From the NCBI RefSeq assembly GCF_003432385.1, contig NZ_CP031841.1, positions 1,557,579 to 1,589,578 on the forward strand: a stretch of 32,000 nt of DNA. Direction: 5' to 3'. Shown piece by piece: positions 18,216 through 28,454 of this stretch (its first letter is position 1; every line of letters starts with the position of its first letter). The position numbers and the translations under genes were made by a program. The notes beneath the pieces were generated by a model that saw only the letters and a program-made list of their open reading frames with translations, was not told the origin of the DNA and did not search any database. Source of the stretch: Breoghania sp. L-A4. Lineage in GTDB: Bacteria; Pseudomonadota; Alphaproteobacteria; Rhizobiales; Stappiaceae.

Positions 18216-18505
18216 TCCAGGAACGCGAAATTGGAACCGCAGGCGAATTCTTTGAGGATTTTCTCAAGGAACAGGGGACCTTTGAGGAAACTACCGCGCG
18301 TGCGATCAAGCGTGTTGTCGCCTTCCAACTTGCTGAAGAGATGAAAACGAAAAATATCAGCAAGGCGGAAATGGCGCGCCGATTGGATACCAGTCGTTCG
18401 CAATTGGATCGACTGCTCGATCCTGACAATGTTGGCGTCACCCTGGCCGCGCTGTCGCGCGCTGCGCGTGAAGTCGGTCGTACATTGCGTTTGGAATTGG
18501 CCTGA
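18212..18505 (+). CDS. HigA/XRE-family antitoxin
   Basis: ATGA overlap with toxin; EEMKTKNISKAEMARRLDTSRSQLDRLLDPDNVGVTLAALSRAAREVGRTLRLELA is an HTH domain. Confidence 0.85.
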   Translation: MIQEREIGTAGEFFEDFLKEQGTFEETTARAIKRVVAFQLAEEMKTKNISKAEMARRLDTSRSQLDRLLDPDNVGVTLAALSRAAREVGRTLRLELA

Positions 18506-18549
18506 AACAGCGTTCGGTTGCGAAAAGCCGTTTCCTCTCGTGCGTCCCG

Positions 18550-19581
18550 TCACACCACCGCGTCCGCATCCACCATCACTTCTCCGACGTCACGCCAGAC
18601 ATTGCCCTTCTTGAAGTGCTTCTGGCGCCAGTCGAGGTATTTCAGATAGAGCGTCAGCTCATTGCCTTTCAGGCCCGGAAGTGAAACCGGGTCCAGCCCC
18701 GTCCACGGCAGGAACGGGTTGCGGCGGATGTTGCCGTTGATCTCCACGCGCAGCGTCTTTCGCGACGAGGGCGAGCGGGCGTGGAAGCCGAAGGTGTCGG
18801 CGATGATCAGCGTGTTGGCTTTCACCGCCATGCGCCGGGGCGCTGGCAGGCCGAGGGCTTGGAGGTCGCTTTCGGGCATGCGGAAGGAGCCGAACGAATG
18901 GTGCCCGCGCGCGTCGCGCGCGCCGAGGCTCTGGCGGTATTCCCAATCGAGCCGCTCGCGCGTCAGCCGGTGCGAGCCGGGCACATAGGCGAACGGCCCG
19001 TCGTCCTCGCCCACGTCATGCAGGAACAGCCAGCACTTGACCGTGGAATGAAACGTGTCGGCGTGCAGATCGGTCTGCGGATCGGCCGCCTTGCGGCTGG
19101 GGTCGGCCAGCACCGTCTGGATGAAGAAGGTCGGCTCCCCGCCGCGCGACGACATGTAGTGCATGGCGGCGCGGATCTCGCGCGAGCGCACCACGGAGGC
19201 CGTTGCGGGCATGGATTTCAGCAAGGCATTGGGCAGGGGCACCATGCGGGTCACCGTCGGGCCCTGGCGCATCTCACGCGCCGGAAACGCCCTGCCATAG
19301 ATCTCCGAGCGCAGTTGCGCGAAGGCGTCCGGCGCCAGGAAATCCCGCTTTTCGAGAAATCCGTCACGCGCGTAGGCGGCGCGGTCGGCCTCATCCAGGG
19401 CGCGGGCGAGCCATGCGCGGCGGCGGTCAGCCATCCAGCCGGCGGTCTTCACCCTGGCCAGATGCAACCCGTAGCGGTTGAGCGTCGGATTGCCGAGAAT
19501 CGGATTGGCGGCGAAGGACTTCGCGGCGCCTCCGATCTCCGCGATCCACAAGGGGGCCTTGAGAACATCCAGCGGCGTCAT
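18550..19581 (-). CDS. Phytanoyl-CoA dioxygenase family protein
   Basis: DPQTDLHADTFHSTVKCWLFLHDVGEDDGPFAYVPGSHRLTRERLDWEYRQS; iron/2OG oxygenase HxD...H pattern. Confidence 0.8.
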   Translation of the reverse strand: MTPLDVLKAPLWIAEIGGAAKSFAANPILGNPTLNRYGLHLARVKTAGWMADRRRAWLARALDEADRAAYARDGFLEKRDFLAPDAFAQLRSEIYGRAFPAREMRQGPTVTRMVPLPNALLKSMPATASVVRSREIRAAMHYMSSRGGEPTFFIQTVLADPSRKAADPQTDLHADTFHSTVKCWLFLHDVGEDDGPFAYVPGSHRLTRERLDWEYRQSLGARDARGHHSFGSFRMPESDLQALGLPAPRRMAVKANTLIIADTFGFHARSPSSRKTLRVEINGNIRRNPFLPWTGLDPVSLPGLKGNELTLYLKYLDWRQKHFKKGNVWRDVGEVMVDADAVV

Positions 19582-19660
19582 CTGCGGTCACTCAATTCGA
19601 AACGGTGATTGGCCGGGCTGCCTGAGCGGCCGCCCCTTGCACGCATTTTGGAACACAGTC

Positions 19661-21046
19661 TTACTGCACCCGCGGCCTGTCCGTATAGGGTTGTATCTTC
19701 TGAAAGGCTGGCGTATCGCGCAATGCCTCCAGCACGGTCTGCACATCGCTGTCGCTCAGGGACGTGTGTGTGCGGACCGAATACCATGCGCTGCCGCTCT
19801 GTGGCGCTCCCACCTCCAGCATCAGATCCGGCAGCGATCCGTTGAAGCTGCGGCGCGAGCTGTCGAGCAGCGGCTGATAGGCGTCCATGAAATTCTGCGC
19901 CTGGGTGCGCGAGCGGAACGAGCCGAAGATGATCGTATTGTCTGTGTTCTCGATACGGTCGAAGGTCTCGATGAAAATGTCGATGCGCTTGGGATCCTCG
20001 CTCTCCGTCCGGTCGAGCGCTCCCAGCGCGTGCTGTCCCACCGTTTCAGCCGCGAAATGCCGGTTGTGCACCAAGGCGCGCCCCGGGAGCACGGACCAGA
20101 CGAACACCTGATCGCGGTAATCCGGTTCGCTGCGGCGAAGCTCCATTGCCGCATCGTCCATCATGTCGTGCGCATAGGCGTCAAGCTGGACCGGCCAGTC
20201 GCGCAAGGTGTTGAAGGTCTCGCGGGCGCCGCCGGTATCGCCGGCGTAGACCTGGGCCAGCCCCAGCGTGAAGGCGGCGTCATTGCGCCAGCGCCAGTGT
20301 CCCGGCGAGAGGCGGAAGGCGGGGGATTTCGGATCCAGCGGCGCAAGGTCGCGCAGCAGCGCGAGCGCCTGCTCCCCCGGCGTCTGTCCCGCCGTTCCGG
20401 GCAGGCCGGCGGTCTGGCTGGCGATCTCCGGATCGCAGGCGGCGGTGTATTGGCAGCCCGCCAGCAACAAGCCCAGCCGCAAGGCCGAGACCAACGCATG
20501 GGGCGTCTGGCTGAAGCGCGCCATCTCCGCGTAGCCGGCGATGGCCTTGATGTAACCTTGCGGATCAGTGAAGTCCTGACCGCTGGCGTCGAGATACAGT
20601 CCGCTTCGGTTGGCCAGAGCACGCGCGAAATCGTTGCGCGCCTCCACGTTGCCGGTCTCCACCAGCACGTTCAGCCGTCTGGCGGCGAGGTCCGGGCGGT
20701 TTGTCTCCCAGGGGTGTTCGAGCGAGCCGAGAATCCGCGCCGCGACCGCCACCTCGCTTGAGTTGGGCGGCGCTTCGAGGATCACATCGACCAACCCTTC
20801 GATCTTAGCTTCGTAGTGGCTGCGGCCGCCGGGAAAGCTCCGGTCGTCTTCCAGAAGCTTCAGCACGCGCGCGGGATCGCGGGCCGCGCGCTCGAGCAAT
20901 TCCTGGATGTCGACGCTGGCAGCCCGCGCCGCAGAGACGCCGGCGAACGGGGCCACTGTGTCCGCGGGCCACCAGCCCGGGGCGGCAAGATGCGCGCCCA
21001 GCATGGTCACAGCGATTGCGGCGGAGGCCAGCCGGTTCCCCATCAT
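19661..21046 (-). CDS. Secreted hypothetical protein
   Basis: MMGNRLASAAIAVTMLGAHLAAPGWWPADTVAPFAGVSAARAASVDIQELLERAARDPARVLKLLEDD...; C-terminal IIFGSFRSRTQAQNFMDAYQPLL weakly recalls SPOR-like domains. Confidence 0.7.
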   Translation of the reverse strand: MMGNRLASAAIAVTMLGAHLAAPGWWPADTVAPFAGVSAARAASVDIQELLERAARDPARVLKLLEDDRSFPGGRSHYEAKIEGLVDVILEAPPNSSEVAVAARILGSLEHPWETNRPDLAARRLNVLVETGNVEARNDFARALANRSGLYLDASGQDFTDPQGYIKAIAGYAEMARFSQTPHALVSALRLGLLLAGCQYTAACDPEIASQTAGLPGTAGQTPGEQALALLRDLAPLDPKSPAFRLSPGHWRWRNDAAFTLGLAQVYAGDTGGARETFNTLRDWPVQLDAYAHDMMDDAAMELRRSEPDYRDQVFVWSVLPGRALVHNRHFAAETVGQHALGALDRTESEDPKRIDIFIETFDRIENTDNTIIFGSFRSRTQAQNFMDAYQPLLDSSRRSFNGSLPDLMLEVGAPQSGSAWYSVRTHTSLSDSDVQTVLEALRDTPAFQKIQPYTDRPRVQ

Positions 21047-21110
21047 CGTCTTCCCGTGGCGTTGTTCATCAAGGCGGCATCGGGCGCGCGGCGTCCGCGG
21101 TTCAAACCCG

Positions 21111-22005
21111 TCATCGGCAATTTCCATTGGCCAGCAGCAGCGTGATCAGATGCCCGTCCGGCACCACTTCGATATGCACCCCGTCCACCACTGGCGGAGC
21201 GTTGGACTGGTCGTGCCAGAACACGAAGATGTTGAGGTCTTCCATGTCCTCGAAATCCTCCAGCAGCCGGCGGAAGCGGATCGGCACCGCGGGCTCGCCC
21301 GGACGCGTGGCGCGGCGGTTGCGGGTTTCCGTCGGGCGGATGTTGCCGTTCAGGCTGGTGCCGAAATAGATCTCGTCGGAATGCAGCCCGGCGCCGCGCG
21401 GCATCAGCGGATCGTCGAAGGGACCGCCGGCGGCGCGCCTGGGGGCGGCGCCGGCCAGATGGCAATCGACCTTGAAGTGGATGTTGCGCGGGCCTTCCTC
21501 GAGCGCCTTCTTGTAGATGTCGCGATAGGCGGTGGCGAATTCGATCTGACCCTGCAGCTTGCCGATCTCGTTGTCCTTACCGGTCACCTGCGCCTTGAGC
21601 CCGGCGATCTGCGCCCGCTGGGCCTCTATGGTCTCGGCCGGGTCGTAGAAGCGCGGCGCCGCCAGGTTGAGACCGAACACCAGCACGGCGAAGATCCCCA
21701 CCGCGCCGGTCAGGTTCCACTTGCTGTCCTTGAAATTCGTGTTGCTGTCGAAGATCGCATAGAACACCATGGCGACGCCGATCAGGATCGCCATCATGCC
21801 GAGAAACAGCGACACGGCGGTGCGGGTTTCCGACAGACCGAGCAGCGCCTCGCCGCCGGGTGGCTGATCGGCGATGAAAAAGCCGGCGAGAAAGACGGTG
21901 CCGGCGAGAAAGAATCCCAGCGCGAAACGGATCTGAAGCTTTCTCAACGCGGGGTCGGGCCGCGCGGCGGGGGGACAGGCGCGTTCGGGGTATCGGATCG
22001 GGCAT
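21111..22005 (-). CDS. Membrane-anchored coiled-coil hypothetical protein; apparent N-terminal frameshift near 21969-21974
   Basis: LRKLQIRFALGFFLAGTVFLAGFF...ETIEAQRAQIAGLKAQVTGKDNEIGKLQGQIEFATAYRDIYKKAL...; the ATG at 22005 with an AGGGAG sequence upstream is in the adjacent frame. An alternative in-frame TTG start is at 21947. Confidence 0.6.
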
Positions 22006-22339
22006 GAGGGGTCTCCCTGCTGCCAGTTGCGTCGCGGTGGTCTCTTGTGCGGTGCCGGCACGGCCGGCTGGCCGCCGGCGCCGCAATAAAGTGCGTGGCG
22101 CGTGAAGCGGTCATCGCGAAGCAATAGATGAAACTGACGTAACGATACGTGGGAACCGCCACACTCGCAAGCAGTGGAAGGCGGGTGAGCGGCGCGCATG
22201 ACGGATTGCCCGGCACGGGCTGATGCCGCTATCGTCATGCAAACGTCGGCAGCGAGCGATGTGCCGCCACCATGAGTTTCGGCGCCTTGCGCCACAACCC
22301 CAAATTCGGCGCCTTGCGCCGGGGAAGATCTGAAAAGCC

Positions 22340-23721
22340 ATGCTGAATGCCGTCCTTGAGCGTATCGACGCCGACTTCGACCAGAGTCTCGATCGCCTGT
22401 TCGAGCTGCTGAAGATAAATAGCATCTCGACCGATCCCGCTTTTGCCGGCGACTGCCGCGAGGCGGCCGCATGGCTGGCCGCGGAACTCACCAGAATCGG
22501 CATCCCGGCCAGCGTGCGCGACACGATCGGTCATCCGATGGTGGTGGGTCATCTTGCGGACGACGGCAAGCCTGGTCCGCACGTGCTGTTTTACGGCCAC
22601 TATGACGTGCAGCCGGTGGATCCTTTGGAACTGTGGGAGACCGATCCGTTTGCGCCGCGGATCGCGACGCAGCCTGACGGGACGAAAATCATCGTGGCGC
22701 GCGGCTCGGGTGACGACAAGGGCCAGCTGATGACCTTTGTCGAAGCCGCGCGCGCCTGGATTGCCGAGACGGGCGGCTTGCCGCTGTCGGTCTCCGTGCT
22801 GTTCGAGGGGAGGAGGAATGCGCCTCGCCGTCGCTGGAGCCTTTCCTGGACGCCAACAAGGATGAGCTGTCGGTCGATCTGGCGCTGGTCTGCGACACCT
22901 GCATGTGGGACGCCGAGACCCCGGCGATCACCACCACGCTGCGCGGGCTGATGGCGGAGGAGATCATCATCACGGCGGCCGACAAGGACCTGCATTCGGG
23001 CATGTACGGCGGCATCGCCCGCAACCCGCTGCACGTGATGGCCGATGTTCTCGCCGGCCTGCACGACGCGGAAGGCCGGGTGACGCTGCCCGACTTCTAT
23101 GAGGGCGTGATCGATCCGCCCGCCGACGTGGCCGCCATCTGGGACACGCTCGGCTTTTCCGCCGACACCTATCTCGGCAAGGTCAATCTGAAGATCCCGG
23201 CCGGCGAGCAGGGCCGCACGCCGCTGGAGCAGGTCTGGACCCGGCCGACGCTCGAGATCAATGGTGTGACCGGCGGCTACGGCGGCGCCGGCTTCAAGAC
23301 GGTGATCCCCTCCAAGGCATCCGCCAAGATCTCCTGCCGCCTGGTGGGAGAGCAGGACCCGGCGAAGATCCGCGATCGCTTTCGCACCTATGTGCGCTCG
23401 AAGATCCCGGCCGATTGCTCGGTGGAGTTCATCGACCATGGCGCCAATCCGGCGCTGATGCTGGATTTCGAGAGCCCGGCGCTGAACAAGGCGAAGACCG
23501 CGCTGACCGCCGAGTGGGGCAAGCCCGCCGCCGTGGTCGGCTGCGGCGCCTCGATTCCCATCGTCGGCGATTTCAAGCGCAAGCTCGACATGGACAGCCT
23601 GCTGATCGGCTTCGGTCTGGAGGACGACCGGATTCATTCGCCGAACGAGAAGTACAACGTCACCAGCTACCACAAGGGCATCCGCTCCTGGGCCCGCATT
23701 CTCAATGAGCTCGCAAGCTAG
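22340..23721 (+). CDS. M20 family metallopeptidase (dipeptidase), frameshifted near 22807-22810
   Basis: [28 protein letters not shown]...[24 protein letters not shown]...LFEG in frame 1; [55 protein letters not shown] in frame 2. Confidence 0.88.
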
Positions 23722-23753
23722 ATTTCAGCGATCGGGCCAGAACTGGAAAACGC

Positions 23754-24335
23754 ATGAAGAGCATCTGTGTCTATTGCGGCTCCAACCCGGGCAGGCGCGG
23801 CGCCTACAGCGCCGCCGCGACCGCGCTTGGCGCGACGATCGCCCGGCGCGGCCTGCGGCTCGTCTATGGCGGGGCGTCGATCGGGCTCATGGGCGCGGTG
23901 GCGGATGCCGCGCTGGCCTCGGGCGGCCATGTCATCGGCATCATGCCGCAGGCGCTGGTGGAGAAGGAGATCGCGCACAACGGGCTCAGCGAGATGCATG
24001 TCGTCGCCTCCATGCATGAGCGCAAGCGGATGATGGCGGACATGTCCGACGGATTCATCGCGCTGCCCGGCGGCGTCGGCACCATGGAGGAGCTCTTCGA
24101 GGTCTGGACCTGGGCGCAGCTCGGTCACCACGACAAGCCCTGCGGGCTGCTGGACGTCTCGGGCTTCTACGAGCCGCTGGAAACCTTCCTCGACCACCAG
24201 GTGATCGAGGGCTTCGTCCGCGCCGAGCACCGCGAGATCCTTAAAATCAATTCCGACGCCGACGCCCTGCTCGACGCTTTCGAAGCCTACAAGGCGCCGC
24301 GCGTCGCCAAATGGATCGAGCGCGACGACGTGTGA
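23754..24335 (+). CDS. LOG family protein (cytokinin riboside 5'-monophosphate phosphoribohydrolase-like)
   Basis: [15 protein letters not shown]...[19 protein letters not shown]...[22 protein letters not shown]; PGGxGTxxE motif. Confidence 0.93.
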   Translation: MKSICVYCGSNPGRRGAYSAAATALGATIARRGLRLVYGGASIGLMGAVADAALASGGHVIGIMPQALVEKEIAHNGLSEMHVVASMHERKRMMADMSDGFIALPGGVGTMEELFEVWTWAQLGHHDKPCGLLDVSGFYEPLETFLDHQVIEGFVRAEHREILKINSDADALLDAFEAYKAPRVAKWIERDDV

Positions 24336-24353
24336 GGCGCGCGCAGAAAACCC

Positions 24354-25046
24354 CTATCCCAGCGCCTTGAGCCCGTTCAGATCCGAGAGCACGGCGGCGG
24401 GCGGCAGGTCGGTATATTCGTCGGGCAGGCCAGAACGGTTGATCCACACGGTGCGGAATCCGAAGGCCGTCGCGCCCGCCACGTCCCAGCGGTTGGACGA
24501 CTGGAACGACACGGCCTCGGGATAGATGCGGAAGTGCGTCGTCACCATGTCGTAGACGCGTTCGTCGGTCTTGTAGACCCGCAGGCTGTCGACGGAGAAC
24601 ACCTCGTCGAGCACGCCGTCGAGACCGGCGGCGGACACGGCGCCTTCGAGCATGGCGGGGGAGCCGTTGGACAGGATCGCAAGCTTCGCGCCGGTGTCCT
24701 TGAGGCTTTTCAGAACCTGCGGCACCTCGCCGTAGCAGTCCAGCCGGTGATAGGCCTCCAGCAGTTGCGCCTTGGTCGAGGTGTCGGCGGAAGGCACCCG
24801 CTGAAACGCATAGTCCAGCGCCTGCTCGGTCAGGGTCCAGAAATCCTGGTAGCGGCCCATCATGCTGCGGATCCAGGAATATTCCAGCTGCTTGGCGCGC
24901 CAGATTTCCGAAAGCCGGTCCGCGTCCGGTCCCACCGCTTCCGCGTGTCTGCGCACCGCCGCATGGACGTCGAACAGGGTGCCATAGGCATCAAACACAT
25001 AAGCGGACGCGGACATGAGCTGGCTCCGGAGTTGCGCGTATCCCAA
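24354..25046 (-). CDS. Haloacid dehalogenase type II (HAD superfamily)
   Basis: YVFDAYGTLFDVHAAVRRHAE...LAILSNGSPAMLEGAVSAAGLDGVLDEVFSVDSLRVYKTDERVY...SSNRWDVAGATAFGFRTVWINR. Start may be 25016. Confidence 0.9.
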   Translation of the reverse strand: MGYAQLRSQLMSASAYVFDAYGTLFDVHAAVRRHAEAVGPDADRLSEIWRAKQLEYSWIRSMMGRYQDFWTLTEQALDYAFQRVPSADTSTKAQLLEAYHRLDCYGEVPQVLKSLKDTGAKLAILSNGSPAMLEGAVSAAGLDGVLDEVFSVDSLRVYKTDERVYDMVTTHFRIYPEAVSFQSSNRWDVAGATAFGFRTVWINRSGLPDEYTDLPPAAVLSDLNGLKALG

Positions 25047-25112
25047 GGTGCGGGCAGAAGACCGCGAAGCGGTGCCTGCGTCAAGGCGGCATTGGGTATC
25101 AGGAGGCCGCGC

Positions 25113-25475
25113 TCAGTCTTCGACGAAGCGCTGCAGGCGCGTCAGTGCATCATCCCATTGGGCGGAAATGCGGGCGAGATAGCGGCGGGCTTCCTCAAGC
25201 CGCCCGGGCTGGTATTCGAACAGCGTTTCGCGTCCGCTGCGGCTGCTGTGCACAACCCCCGCGCGTTCCAGGATCTTGAGATGCTTGGTGACCGCCTGGC
25301 GCGTCAGGCGCGCGTGTCCGGGCTCGGATGCAAGCGCTGTGATCGACTGCGCGGGGCCTTCGGCCAGGCGGTTGAGCAATGCCAGGCGGGTCTCGTCTCC
25401 CAGTGCGGCGAACAGCGCGGCCGGCGGCGCGAAACCGCCAGCCTCTGGCTCCCGCGCCTCAAGCACCGGCCACAT
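25113..25475 (-). CDS. ArsR-family HTH transcriptional regulator
   Basis: FAALGDETRLALLNRLAEGPAQSITALASEPGHARLTRQAVTKHLKILERAGVVHSSRSGRETLFEYQP. Confidence 0.9.
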   Translation of the reverse strand: MWPVLEAREPEAGGFAPPAALFAALGDETRLALLNRLAEGPAQSITALASEPGHARLTRQAVTKHLKILERAGVVHSSRSGRETLFEYQPGRLEEARRYLARISAQWDDALTRLQRFVED

Positions 25476-25929
25476 GCTCCTGGATGTTTTTCATCTGGAA
25501 TGTCCATCCCTGGCCGTTCATTCGCAAGGCTTCCAACCGGCGCCCCTTGGGGATTTTATCGAAGCCGGTTTCGCGCACCAGCAGCCGGGTGCCGGAGTCG
25601 GCGGGCTCGAGATGGAACTCGACCAGTGTCGAAGGCTCGGCTGAATAGTCGATCTCCGGGTCGACCGCGTAAGGGTGCCAGGTGAAGGAAAACAGCCGCT
25701 CCGGCTCCACCGCCACGACCACTGCATCCCAGGCAATATGCTCGTAGCCTGAGATCGTCATGTGCCCGGTGGATTTCTCGCCTGGCACAAAGGGACCGTC
25801 GAGCGCGACGCCGAACCAGGCGCCGAACTCCGTGTGGTCGGTCAGCGCCCGCCACACCCGCGAGACGGGGGCGGCGATGTCGATGCTGCGTTCGATGCGA
25901 TCGGTATCAAGAACCTCGGTCATGTTCAC
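25459..25929 (-). CDS. SRPBCC / AHSA1-family protein
   Basis: RIERSIDIAAPVSRVWRALTDHTEFGAWFGVALDGPFVPGEKSTGHMT...FSFTWHPYA; overlaps and is co-oriented with the ArsR gene. Confidence 0.88.
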   Translation of the reverse strand: MNMTEVLDTDRIERSIDIAAPVSRVWRALTDHTEFGAWFGVALDGPFVPGEKSTGHMTISGYEHIAWDAVVVAVEPERLFSFTWHPYAVDPEIDYSAEPSTLVEFHLEPADSGTRLLVRETGFDKIPKGRRLEALRMNGQGWTFQMKNIQEHVAGA

Positions 25930-26018
25930 TCTCCTCTATATGCAACCAATCAGTTGCGAGTGATCTTGCCGAAGGTCGACTTAATATGCAACCTTTTTAT
26001 TGCGTTTTGACTGAGCGA

Positions 26019-26456
26019 TCATGGCAGCACCACGGAGCCGTCCTCGCCCATCGGAAAGCCCGGATTGTAGGCGATCTCCAGCAGATGATCGCAGCCGGGG
26101 ATGCGCACGTAGCCTGAATAGCCGCCCCAGAAGACCTTTTCCGGTCGCTTGACCGGCGTGGCGCCAGCCGCGATTGTCTCGGCGAAGGCCGCGTCGACCT
26201 CCGCCTCGCTGCGCGCGTTCCAGGCGATCGAGCACGGCACGAAATGGCCCGGTGCGGCGGCATCGTCGGGCAAACCGGCATCTTTGGCCAGATCCGCGCG
26301 GCCGAACAGTCCGAAGGCGGTCGAGCCGCACTGGTAGAAGGCGACCGCGTCGCTGTCGACGTTGGCGCGCGTCCAGCCGAGACCGTGTTCGAAGAACCGC
26401 CGGGCGGCGCCGAGGTCGTCAACGCCCAGGGTGATGAGAGAGAGCCGCTGTTCCAC
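26019..26456 (-). CDS. VOC family (glyoxalase/bleomycin resistance-like) protein
   Basis: LSLITLGVDDLGAARRFFEHGLGWTRANVDSDAVAFYQCGSTAFGLFGRADLAKDAG. Confidence 0.88.
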   Translation of the reverse strand: MEQRLSLITLGVDDLGAARRFFEHGLGWTRANVDSDAVAFYQCGSTAFGLFGRADLAKDAGLPDDAAAPGHFVPCSIAWNARSEAEVDAAFAETIAAGATPVKRPEKVFWGGYSGYVRIPGCDHLLEIAYNPGFPMGEDGSVVLP

Positions 26457-26641
26457 TATCCGAAAACCTCACAAAACAACTTTATTGCGCGTTGGGGATG
26501 ATGAAGTAGGAACATTATATGAACATCAAATGGCGTCTAGTCAAAAATTGCGCAAATGCTGGAATTTTGGGCGGTACCTTGACCTGACCACCCGAACGGC
26601 GTTCGATCGTCGGACACACAATACGAGACGAGGAACGACTT

Positions 26642-27499
26642 ATGACGGACTGGTCGCAAACCTGGACCTGGATCGACGGCGCATGGCATGAGGGCAATCC
26701 GCCGATGATGGGGCCACGCACGCATGCGGCGTGGCTGGGATCCAGTGTTTTCGACGGCGCGCGCACCTTCGAAGGTGTCACCCCTGATCTTGATCTGCAT
26801 TGCGAGCGGGTGAATGTCTCCGCCGTGGCAATGGGCCTGAAGCCGACCATGAGTGTCGCGGACATGATGACGCTGACCCGGGACGGCATTGGCCGCTTCG
26901 CGCCCGGCACGGCGCTGTACATCAAGCCGATGTACTGGGCCGAGGGGGAGGGCATAGGCACGGTTGCCGGCGACCCGGAGACGACCCGCTTCTGCCTGTG
27001 CCTGTACGAATCGCCGATCGCCGCCAGTGGCGCCTCGATCTCCGTCACGCTGTCGCCCTTCCGCCGCCCGTCGCTCGAATATGCGCCAGTCAACGCCAAG
27101 ACGGGCAGCCTCTACCCCAACAACGCCCGCGCGCTCGTCGAGGCCAGGGGACGCGGTTTCGACAATGCCGTGTTCCTCGACATGATGGGCAACGTGGCGG
27201 AACTGGCCACCGCCAATATCTTCATGGTCAAGGACGGGGTGATCAAGACGCCGTTTCCCAACGGATCGTTTCTCAACGGGATTACACGTCAGCGCATAAT
27301 CCGGCTTCTGGGCGCCGTCGGCGATGAGGTTGTCGAATGCGTGCTGGGCTACGACGATTTTCTCGAGGCCGATGAGATCTTTTCCACTGGAAATTATCAC
27401 AAGGTCGTCTCCGTCGGCCGCATCGAGGAGAGCGAAAAGCAGCCGGGACCCGTCGCTGCGAAGGCGCGCGCGCTCTACTGGGATTTCGCGCACGCCTGA
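26642..27499 (+). CDS. Branched-chain amino acid aminotransferase-like PLP class IV enzyme
   Basis: AWLGSSVFDGARTFEGVTPDLDLHCERVNVSAVAMGL...NNARALVEARGRGFDNAVFLDMMGNVAELATANIFMVKDGVIKTP...SFLNGITRQRII. Confidence 0.88.
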   Translation: MTDWSQTWTWIDGAWHEGNPPMMGPRTHAAWLGSSVFDGARTFEGVTPDLDLHCERVNVSAVAMGLKPTMSVADMMTLTRDGIGRFAPGTALYIKPMYWAEGEGIGTVAGDPETTRFCLCLYESPIAASGASISVTLSPFRRPSLEYAPVNAKTGSLYPNNARALVEARGRGFDNAVFLDMMGNVAELATANIFMVKDGVIKTPFPNGSFLNGITRQRIIRLLGAVGDEVVECVLGYDDFLEADEIFSTGNYHKVVSVGRIEESEKQPGPVAAKARALYWDFAHA

Positions 27500-27689
27500 G
27501 CAGGTGAGTTTTCTCACAGTCTCTGGATGGGTTCAGCAGCTATCACCGTCTCCGAGCGCGTGGCCGCATCATGGCCGCGCGTTTGTGCCGTCACGAGCAG
27601 ATCGTGGCGGACATTGCAGCAACAAATGACGTAGTGTCATTGGCCTTTCCTGTCGGAGAGAGCCGTCGCTTCATCGGGACAGCGAGTTT

Positions 27690-28220
27690 ATGGAGACGCC
27701 AACCCTCGAAACGGACCGGCTGCTCCTGCGCGCGCACCGGCTTGACGATTTCGATGTCTACGCCGCCATGTGGCGGGATCCCGCCGTCGTGCGCTATTTC
27801 GGAGGCGCGCCGCTGACCCGCGAGCAGGCCTGGCTTCGCTTCGTGCGTCACGCCGGCCTCTGGCATCATCTCGGTTTCGGCTTCTTCGCGCTTGAAGACA
27901 AGGCGACAGGCGCGTTCGTTGGCGAGGCCGGCGTGCACGAACTTCGCCGGGACATCGAACCGTCGGTCGAAGGAACGCTTGAGGCCGGCTGGGGCCTGGT
28001 GCCGGCTGCGCATGGCAGGGGGCTTTCCGAGGAGGCGATGCGCGGCGTCTTCATGTGGGCGGAAAAGAGCCTCCCGCCGTTGCGCACGACGTGCATCGTC
28101 GACACCGGGAACGCACCGTCCCTGCGGGTTGCGCAGAAACTCGGCTTCAAGGAGTTTTCGCGCACGATTTACAAAGGCACGCAGGTTATCGTTTTCGAGC
28201 GCTCGGCGCTCTCTCCGTGA
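27690..28220 (+). CDS. GNAT-family N-acetyltransferase
   Basis: METPTLETDRLLLRAHRLDDFDVYAAMWRDPAVVRYFGGAPLTREQAW...VGEAGVHELRRDIEPSVEGTLEAGWGLVPAAHGRGLSEEAMRGVFMWAEK. Confidence 0.9.
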   Translation: METPTLETDRLLLRAHRLDDFDVYAAMWRDPAVVRYFGGAPLTREQAWLRFVRHAGLWHHLGFGFFALEDKATGAFVGEAGVHELRRDIEPSVEGTLEAGWGLVPAAHGRGLSEEAMRGVFMWAEKSLPPLRTTCIVDTGNAPSLRVAQKLGFKEFSRTIYKGTQVIVFERSALSP

Positions 28221-28263
28221 GCTCTTGACGGGTCGTCCATTCGGAGCAGACCGGGGCGGGCAG

Positions 28264-28285
28264 TGCCACGTTTCGGAACGTGGCA
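28264..28285. other. Perfect hairpin TGCCACGTT-TCGG-AACGTGGCA (possible terminator stem or operator)
   Basis: 9-bp perfect stem with 4-nt loop in the gap between GNAT and the Crp/Fnr gene; no clear T-tract. Confidence 0.55.
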
Positions 28286-28454
28286 GAGCGTCCTGCAGCG
28301 CAAGACCGCGCGCGGAACCGAACGGTGCGGTGGTCGGTTGACTGACAGACGAATAGCATGCCGGACGAGATGGATTGCATGTTAGATGAATGGAAAGAGT
28401 GCCTTCGGGGAGAACGGGGCCACTCGTCCATTTCAAACGGGCGTTGTCGCGACC

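Noticed and set aside
22600-23673. 357-aa minus ORF opposite the M20 peptidase
   Set aside because: The plus strand carries M20 metallopeptidase motifs on both sides of a single frameshift, so the antisense ORF is a high-GC artefact.
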